Shown here in pieces: positions 57,562 through 64,000 of a DNA stretch of 64,000 nucleotides. The position numbers were made by a program, and so were the translations under genes. The stretch covers positions 705,893-769,892 of the forward strand of contig OZ244955.1 of NCBI GenBank assembly GCA_965222525.1. The letters are read 5' to 3'. How positions within the stretch are numbered: the stretch's first letter is position 1; every line of letters begins with the position of its first letter. Under the pieces are notes generated by a model. The model did not search any database. It was not told the DNA's origin and worked only from the letters and a program-made list of their open reading frames with translations. Source of the stretch: Rickettsiales bacterium (lineage in GTDB: Bacteria; Pseudomonadota; Alphaproteobacteria; Rickettsiales; UBA8987).

Positions 57562-58364
57562 ATTTTCCTCCTCCCTCCCGGGACTTCTTCCTTTTGTACG
57601 AAATGGAAGCCGAGGGATTTTTCGTAGAAATAGTTGAATTCGGCGCCGAATATATAATTCTGCAGGTACCCCACCAGTGCATTGGCCACCACCAGCCATA
57701 GCACCACTACCAGCAACGCACCCGGCACTACCCTGCGCCAGCGCTGCCTGACATTTGGGAGGATATAATAGCTGGTAGCCACCACCAGAAACACCACCAC
57801 CCCACTGAATGTATAACGGATATAGTTCCAGTTGGCGTCTATAGTTGCACTCAGTTCCGGCCATTCTACCGCCAGAAACTGCTCGACATAATTCCATAAT
57901 ATAGGTGCGGAGACAAAGATAAGCATGGCGGTGATAGTCAGCCCCACCAGTATAAACATCTGTAATATGCTCATAAACCGCCGCCACAGATATGATGGCG
58001 GGGTTTCCACCCGATAGGCCTTGTTGAGTATATTACGGGTACCTTCCACTATCGAGGAGGATGTCCATATCATCCCCAGAATCGCCAGTGTAACCAGCCC
58101 TTGCGGCGGGCCGTTGACGATTTCCGCCATACGCGGCCTGATTGCGGCTATCAGGTTCTCCGGCAGCGCATCGGTTATCAGCCCGACCAGCTCCGAGCCT
58201 ATCTGTGCCTCTCCCACCGTACCGGCTATCATTACCAGAAACACCAGGAACGGAAATAATGACAGCAACCCCAGAAACGCCAGATATCCGGCATGCTCTA
58301 TCCCGTCATGGTCAACCGCCGTATAAAACAGCGCATCACGCAGGCATTTGAGCAGGTTTTTCAT
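57363..58364 (-). CDS. YihY/BrkB-family membrane protein
   Basis: N-terminal DHDGIEHAGYLAFLGLLSLFPFLVFL, and IFGAEFN near the normal family end, then an odd tail of about 70 aa. Confidence 0.8.
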   Translation of the reverse strand: MKNLLKCLRDALFYTAVDHDGIEHAGYLAFLGLLSLFPFLVFLVMIAGTVGEAQIGSELVGLITDALPENLIAAIRPRMAEIVNGPPQGLVTLAILGMIWTSSSIVEGTRNILNKAYRVETPPSYLWRRFMSILQMFILVGLTITAMLIFVSAPILWNYVEQFLAVEWPELSATIDANWNYIRYTFSGVVVFLVVATSYYILPNVRQRWRRVVPGALLVVVLWLVVANALVGYLQNYIFGAEFNYFYEKSLGFHFVQKEEVPGGRRKIHRGVLPVTDFCCFCSVILSRKEAVGVLESVSVCLLSDKPDNFSGRILRVFSVILREAASTGSTAI

Positions 58365-58583
58365 ATGAATAGTGGTTAGAGTCCGGAATCATAGTGCTTT
58401 AAAAAGGAGGTGTAAGACGTAAATGCCCTAGGCTAACACACAATAGAAGAAATTGTCACGGCTAATAATGAGGCTCTGACGCATGCCCTATTGACTTTTA
58501 CAGTTTTTTAACCTATTGTGTCGCACGGCGCGGTATCACTTGAGAAACCAATAGCTACACACTGATTACTATGGAGGAAACAA

Positions 58584-59063
58584 ATGATTTCAGGCAAAGT
58601 AGGTCGTAAAGAAGTTCGTGAGAAAGCTGGGAAAAATGTAGAAGTGCTAATAAACACAATTGATGCTAGTAGGCTACAGTTTATAAAAGAAGTTACATTT
58701 TTAAAAGGAGGATCCGGTAACGACCTTAGTGACTTTAAAGGTAATGATGTGAATCTCTATATAGGTCACAAAGGGCAATATCAAGAGCCTCTTCTTTCTG
58801 AAAAGCAAGTCCATCTACTGGCAGATGCAGTGCTTACCGGAATAGGGGGAACTTCCTCTGGAGAAAAAGCCAGCCATGCTAAAGTGAAAGGCAGCCTACC
58901 AGCGCCATCGTTTTTTGGAACGCCTAATGGGGAGGCCGTTCTTTTTAAAACAGGTTTTGGTATTGAAGAGTCCGTTGAAAAGATAGCGAACATGACAACA
59001 ACGGATATGTTCAAAGCAAAAGAGTTTATCAAATCTTCCCTTGATAAAGGACTCCAACCTTAA
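58584..59063 (+). CDS. Hypothetical protein (159 aa)
   Basis: ggagga RBS followed by ATG. No family recognised. Confidence 0.45.
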   Translation: MISGKVGRKEVREKAGKNVEVLINTIDASRLQFIKEVTFLKGGSGNDLSDFKGNDVNLYIGHKGQYQEPLLSEKQVHLLADAVLTGIGGTSSGEKASHAKVKGSLPAPSFFGTPNGEAVLFKTGFGIEESVEKIANMTTTDMFKAKEFIKSSLDKGLQP

Positions 59064-59090
59064 TTTAAAGATTGTTTCTGGTAATGCTCC

Positions 59091-59636
59091 CTATATATCA
59101 GACTCCAGGATAGCGTAAAGCAAAGAATTCCGCCATTCTCCCCGTACCAGAGCATCATCTCTCAAAGTACCCTCATACTTCATCCCGCATTTCTCCATTA
59201 CTCTGGCAGAAGCCCTGTTTTCAACATCACACATGGCAAATATACGATGTAATCCCAATTCCTCAAAGCCAAATTTTAATATCGCCCTGCCTGCCTCGGT
59301 AGCAATACCCCTGTTCCAGTAGTCAGGGTTAACGGCCATTCCGCGCCTGCCGGTTTTATTCCCGGCATCTGCAATAAATATATTGCAGGTGCCAGTTACT
59401 TTTTCTTCCGGTTTGAAAACAATAACAAACTGGTAATGCTCTCTCGGGGATTTTTGCTGATTTGCCATGGCCTGTGCTACAAATTCCTTCGTGGTTTCCG
59501 GCGTCTGCTCTGGTATGGGCAGGAATCTGTAAAATTCCTCCCTGTGACCATATTCATAAAGCGCTTCCCAGTCTTCTTCCCTGAATTCGCGTAGGATTAA
59601 ATGTTTCGTCTCTATTGGAGAAATAAGCTGTGTCAT
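59091..59636 (-). CDS. GNAT-family N-acetyltransferase (RimJ/RimL-like)
   Basis: TKHLILREF..EDWEALYEY and the acetyl-CoA motif RGIATEAGRAIL. Confidence 0.85.
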   Translation of the reverse strand: MTQLISPIETKHLILREFREEDWEALYEYGHREEFYRFLPIPEQTPETTKEFVAQAMANQQKSPREHYQFVIVFKPEEKVTGTCNIFIADAGNKTGRRGMAVNPDYWNRGIATEAGRAILKFGFEELGLHRIFAMCDVENRASARVMEKCGMKYEGTLRDDALVRGEWRNSLLYAILESDI

Positions 59637-59646
59637 CTTGCTAAAA

Positions 59647-59674
59647 TTCTGGTTTCTGGCTTCTGATTTCTGAC
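59647..59674. repeat. Stutter tract, CAGAA type, inverted orientation
   Basis: Sequence is ttctggtttctggcttctgatttctgac. It lies between the GNAT start and the map stop. Confidence 0.8.
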
Positions 59675-59681
59675 CCCTGAA

Positions 59682-60476
59682 TCAAGGAATATCCAGCCCC
59701 TTCAGGGATAGTGTAAAAATCTCATAGCCATCGTCTGTTACAGCCAGGCTGTGCTCGAACTGGGCGGAGAGCGAGCGGTCACGGGTAGTCACCGTCCAAC
59801 CATCCTTCCTGTTCAGCTTCGTATCCTTCCGGCCGATATTTATCATCGGCTCGATAGTAAAAAACATACCCTCCTTCAGCACAATACCCTGCCCTGCCCT
59901 GCCGTAATGCAGTATGTTGGGCGGTGCGTGGAACACTTGCCCCAGCCCGTGCCCGCAATAATCCCGCACCACCGAATAATTATTCATCTCGGCATGGGTC
60001 TGTATCGCATGGCCTATATCACCAACCGTAGCGCCCGGCCGTACCTGCTCAATCCCGCGCATCATGCAGTCATAGGTAGTCTGCACCAGCCGGCCGGCCT
60101 TAATCGGCGGCTGGCCCACCTTATACATACGGCTGGTGTCACCATGCCATCCGTCGATAATCACCGTAACATCGATATTGACAATATCACCGTCACGCAA
60201 TGCCCTGTCATCGGGGATGCCATGGCAGACCACATGATTGACCGAAGTGCATATCGATTTCGGATAGCCCTTATAGCCAAGCGGGGCGGGTATGGCACCA
60301 TGTTCAGTTATCATCTTATGCGCCAGGTCATTGAGGTAATTGGTAGTAACTCCGGGCTGTACATGCCCTGCCAGCATATCCAGCACCTCTGCCGCCAGTC
60401 TGCCAGAGCGACGCATCCCCTCAAAATCCACCGGGTCGTCATGTATGGTGATGTTATTCTCATCCGTATATGCCAT
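59682..60476 (-). CDS. map: Methionine aminopeptidase, type I
   Basis: VCHGIPD, DIVNIDVT, HGLG and the FTIEP pattern. Confidence 0.95.
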   Translation of the reverse strand: MAYTDENNITIHDDPVDFEGMRRSGRLAAEVLDMLAGHVQPGVTTNYLNDLAHKMITEHGAIPAPLGYKGYPKSICTSVNHVVCHGIPDDRALRDGDIVNIDVTVIIDGWHGDTSRMYKVGQPPIKAGRLVQTTYDCMMRGIEQVRPGATVGDIGHAIQTHAEMNNYSVVRDYCGHGLGQVFHAPPNILHYGRAGQGIVLKEGMFFTIEPMINIGRKDTKLNRKDGWTVTTRDRSLSAQFEHSLAVTDDGYEIFTLSLKGLDIP

Positions 60477-60636
60477 AACGAGGGAATATATAACGGATTG
60501 ACAGTGATGTCACCATAAGTTGGTGGGTAGGGTTCTATGTTATCTAATTATTTACATCAATAATGTAACCACTATATAATAGGATCGGAATAAGTGTTTG
60601 TATGTTATTGTTATTTAACCTAAAAAGGAGCATATT

Positions 60637-61302
60637 ATGGGAAAGAAAAATGGCGGGGTAACGGGCGGTATGTGCAGGATTTCCGGCGGGATGCTGGGGG
60701 TTGCCGACAGGTTTTCGCCATATGTCGTCGATCTGATAAGCCTTGGGCTGCGTATATGGGCAGGGCTGGTGTTCTTTAAATCCGGGATGCTGAAAATCCA
60801 GGATATGGAAACTACCAAATATCTGTTTGAGGAAGTGCATCCTATCCCGATGTTTTTATATTGGGGTGAGCCGCTCAACCCTGAAATAGCCGCTATTATG
60901 GGAACCGGATTTGAACTGGTACTGCCGATATTACTACTGGTCGGGCTTGGTACAAGAATAGCCGCCCTGATGTTGCTGGTTATGACTTCGGTCATACAGT
61001 TCGGGGTGCCGGATAACAGTAATATTGACCATTTTATCTGGGCGCTGGCGCTGGGTGCTATTCTGATTCAGGGAGCCGGCAGGTTCTCCTGGGACTTCTT
61101 TATCCGCAGCAGGTTCTGCGGTACATCGGCAAGGGGCGATAGTGATGATACCGTACTGGGTACGGTTATTTCTGCAATTATGGTGGTGTTGCTCAGCATT
61201 GTCGCCGTACATGAGGTGCTTTCAATCAATACCGACATGACCCCGTGGTACGAAAGCTGGGATTTTTTCTGGAAAGGCGACTGGCTGCGGAATAATTCCT
61301 AA
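60637..61302 (+). CDS. DoxX-family membrane protein
   Basis: LGLRIWAGLVFFKSGMLK and GFELVLPILLLVGLGTRIAAL. Confidence 0.78.
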   Translation: MGKKNGGVTGGMCRISGGMLGVADRFSPYVVDLISLGLRIWAGLVFFKSGMLKIQDMETTKYLFEEVHPIPMFLYWGEPLNPEIAAIMGTGFELVLPILLLVGLGTRIAALMLLVMTSVIQFGVPDNSNIDHFIWALALGAILIQGAGRFSWDFFIRSRFCGTSARGDSDDTVLGTVISAIMVVLLSIVAVHEVLSINTDMTPWYESWDFFWKGDWLRNNS

Positions 61303-61340
61303 TCCTTGCAAATAAACTTGCCCTGTCCTAGAAACAGGTT

Positions 61341-64000
61341 ATGTCTACCGGTGAGAGTTCTAAAAAGCATTTATATCTGATTGACGGTTATGGTTTTGTG
61401 TTTCGGGCGTATCATTCGCTGCCGCCGCTGACCAACCCTGCCGGTACTCCTGTCGGGGCGGTATATGGCTTCACCAATATGCTGATGAAGCTGAAATCCG
61501 ACAAGGTAAAGCAGGATAACGATGATTATATGCTGGTAGTATTTGATTCCGGCAGCAAGAGTTTCCGTAATGACATTTACCCTGAATACAAGGCTAACCG
61601 CCCGCCTGCGCCGGATGATCTGATTCCGCAGTTTGACCTGGTACGGGATGCGGCAGTAGCGCTTGGGCTGCCGGTTGCGGAGATGCAGGGATTCGAGGCC
61701 GATGATATCATCGCCACCTACACCAGGATTGCGCAAAAGCAGGGAGTTGAGGTAACGATTGTCTCCTCCGACAAGGATTTGATGCAACTGGTCGGTGATG
61801 GTACGCAGATGTATGATGCGATGCGCAACCGCCAGATTGCCGAGGCACAGGTGGAGGAGAAATTCGGGGTTACGCCGGATAAGCTGCTGGATGTACTGTC
61901 ATTGATGGGGGATAGTTCGGATAATGTTCCCGGAGTACCTGGAATCGGGCCCAAGACTGCATCGCAGCTTATAAATGAGTATGGTTCGCTGGATAGCCTG
62001 CTTGAGCGGGCTGAGGAAATCCCGCAGAAGAAGCGCCGTGAGTCGCTGATTGAATTTGCCGACCAGGCACGGCTTTCCCGTGATCTAATCCGGCTGCGTG
62101 AGGATGTTGCGGTTACGGCGGATATAGAGAAACTGGCGGTTCGTGAGGAAGACCCGCAGCAATTGATGGAGTTCCTGTCCGAGCACGGGTTCAAGTCCCT
62201 TGCAGCACGGGTAGGCAAGAAGAGCGGATTGCCGGTTGCGGATAATCAACCGCCTCCCACCGATATCAAGGCTGAATATATTATCATAAAGAATATTGCC
62301 GAACTGGTGGTATGGCTGACGGGGGCGCAGAAGAGCGGTGTGCTGGCGATGTACAATGCGGATAATGCGATAGCACTGGCCTGTGCGGAGGGACAATCCT
62401 GTTATGTTGAATATGGTGGTGGTAGTGGTGATAACCAGGCCAGTATGGATTTTGGTGATAATACCGCTTCTGAAAATTCCCTAGATAAACAGAAAGTTGT
62501 GGAAATACTGCAACCTTTCATGGAAAATCCGGCGATACTCAAAATCACCCATGATATAAAGCCCTCCCTCCGCCGCAATCCCGCAACTTACCCTATAGAT
62601 GATACGATGGTTATGTCATATGTGCTGGACGGGACAAGGCACAAGCATGATATCGCCAACCTTGCCCAGATGCATATCGGGGTTTCGCCGGCCGAAAATA
62701 CCGATCCGGCACAGGATTTCTGTCAGAAAGCCGATATTATATTGCGCCTGCATCAATATTTTCGCCGGCGTTTGTTTGATGATAAAATACTGACAATTTA
62801 TGAAACTATCGAGCGGCCACTGGTGACTATTCTGGCTGATATGGAGCGTATCGGGGTTAAGGTCGATGCTCAGGAGCTGAATAATTTATCGCAGGCTTTT
62901 GCCAAAAATATTGCTGTGCTTGAGCAGAAAATCCATAAACAGGCGGGTCGGGAATTTAATATCGGTTCACCCAAGCAGCTTGGTGAAGTTTTATTTGATG
63001 AGCTTGGTATGCAGATTGAAGGTAAGACTGCAAAAAAAACCAAAACCGGTGCATATTCCACCGATTCCGGTGTATTGGAAAGGCTGGCCGCCGCCGGATA
63101 TGATATAGCAGTGGATGTAATAAAATATCGGGAGCTGGCCAAGCTAAAGAATACATATACCGATGCTCTGGTGAAGGATATTAGTCCTGACACCGGCCGT
63201 ATCCATACCAGTTTCATGATGACGGTGGTCGCAACCGGCAGGCTTAGCTCGCAGCATCCCAATTTGCAGAATATTCCGATTCGCAGTGAGGAAGGCCGCA
63301 AGATTCGCAAGGCTTTTGTTGCGGAAAAAGGGCACAGGTTGATTTCTGCCGATTATTCGCAGATTGAAATCCGGCTGCTGGCGCATATGGCTGATATTGA
63401 GGTACTGAAGCAGGCTTTCCGTGATGGTAAGGATATACATGCGATTACTGCATCGCAGGTTTTCGGCGTACCGCTTGAAGAGGTTTCCGGCAAGATGCGC
63501 TATAATGCCAAGGCGATAAATTTTGGTATAATTTACGGCCAGAGTGCATTCGGGTTGGCGGGACAGTTGGGGATAAGCCGTGGTGAGGCAAAAGATTATA
63601 TCGATGCTTATTTCAAGCAATATCCTGGAATCGGGCAGTATATGGAAGAAATGAAGGAAATCGCCCGCAAGCAGGGCTACGTAACGACCTTGTATGGCCG
63701 CAAATGCTTTGTTGGCGATATTAACGGACGCAACCCGATATTGCGTGGTAATGCCGAACGGGCGGCGATAAATTACCCGCTACAGGGCAGTGCGGCGGAT
63801 ATTATCAAGAAAGCGATGATAAATGTAGTACGGGCACTTGAAAAGCAGAATATGCAGTCACAGCTAATCCTGCAAATCCATGATGAGCTTATCATAGAGG
63901 CTCCCGAGGCTGAAGTCGGACAGGCTGCAAAACTGGTCACAAGGGAAATGGAAAATGTAACCTCCCTCTCTATCCCGATAATCGCCGAAGCCAAAACCGG
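61341..64000 (+). CDS. polA: DNA polymerase I (3' end cut by window edge)
   Basis: My own translation: MSTGESSKKHLYLIDGYGFVFRAYH (5' nuclease) through to ISADYSQIEIRLLAHMA and QIHDELIIEAP (pol motifs A/C). It is not in the ORF track because no stop lies in the window. Confidence 0.95.
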   Translation, partial: MSTGESSKKHLYLIDGYGFVFRAYHSLPPLTNPAGTPVGAVYGFTNMLMKLKSDKVKQDNDDYMLVVFDSGSKSFRNDIYPEYKANRPPAPDDLIPQFDLVRDAAVALGLPVAEMQGFEADDIIATYTRIAQKQGVEVTIVSSDKDLMQLVGDGTQMYDAMRNRQIAEAQVEEKFGVTPDKLLDVLSLMGDSSDNVPGVPGIGPKTASQLINEYGSLDSLLERAEEIPQKKRRESLIEFADQARLSRDLIRLREDVAVTADIEKLAVREEDPQQLMEFLSEHGFKSLAARVGKKSGLPVADNQPPPTDIKAEYIIIKNIAELVVWLTGAQKSGVLAMYNADNAIALACAEGQSCYVEYGGGSGDNQASMDFGDNTASENSLDKQKVVEILQPFMENPAILKITHDIKPSLRRNPATYPIDDTMVMSYVLDGTRHKHDIANLAQMHIGVSPAENTDPAQDFCQKADIILRLHQYFRRRLFDDKILTIYETIERPLVTILADMERIGVKVDAQELNNLSQAFAKNIAVLEQKIHKQAGREFNIGSPKQLGEVLFDELGMQIEGKTAKKTKTGAYSTDSGVLERLAAAGYDIAVDVIKYRELAKLKNTYTDALVKDISPDTGRIHTSFMMTVVATGRLSSQHPNLQNIPIRSEEGRKIRKAFVAEKGHRLISADYSQIEIRLLAHMADIEVLKQAFRDGKDIHAITASQVFGVPLEEVSGKMRYNAKAINFGIIYGQSAFGLAGQLGISRGEAKDYIDAYFKQYPGIGQYMEEMKEIARKQGYVTTLYGRKCFVGDINGRNPILRGNAERAAINYPLQGSAADIIKKAMINVVRALEKQNMQSQLILQIHDELIIEAPEAEVGQAAKLVTREMENVTSLSIPIIAEAKT

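Overview
This 64-kb window looks like a chromosomal segment of an alphaproteobacterium, possibly an endosymbiont-like lineage. That call rests on gene content and protein motifs only; no database search was run.

Most of the window is tightly packed housekeeping DNA: clpX, dapF, der, gatC, coaE, ubiD, asd, grxD, rnhA, gmk, ccmC, hisA/hisF, lepB, uvrB, map and polA. polA (61341 to the window end) is missing from the supplied ORF track because it has no stop codon inside the window.

Two things stand out.

1. An accessory block spans about 19.5-35.1 kb.
- It holds an IS630-family transposase remnant and a membrane ORF.
- It holds a roughly 1000-aa RTX-repeat gene broken by a 147-bp palindromic element.
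- It holds a complete type I restriction-modification system (hsdR-hsdS-hsdM), two unrelated tyrosine recombinases, an AlpA-type gene and unplaced ORFs.
- The block abuts tRNA-Ser(GCU).

2. The intergenic spacers are largely filled by short repeats.
- At least seven families of short palindromic MITE-like elements occur (A-G below; 88-235 bp).
- Short degenerate 7-8-nt tandem 'stutter' tracts sit exactly at gene boundaries.
- One element family (E) keeps its length and internal pairing while the sequence of its outer arms differs in every copy.

Other accessory items are a HicAB toxin-antitoxin pair, an orphan Abi-alpha-like gene, two paralogous prepilin-type genes, a TPR plus beta-barrel gene pair and a tandem pair of Cys-rich secreted paralogs.

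I saw no rRNA genes and no CRISPR array. No single clear-cut novel multi-gene system is evident. The best candidates are the recombinase/HTH-zinc-ribbon module fused to hsdMSR and the unusual repeat biology.

Hand-counted repeat coordinates may be off by 1-2 nt.
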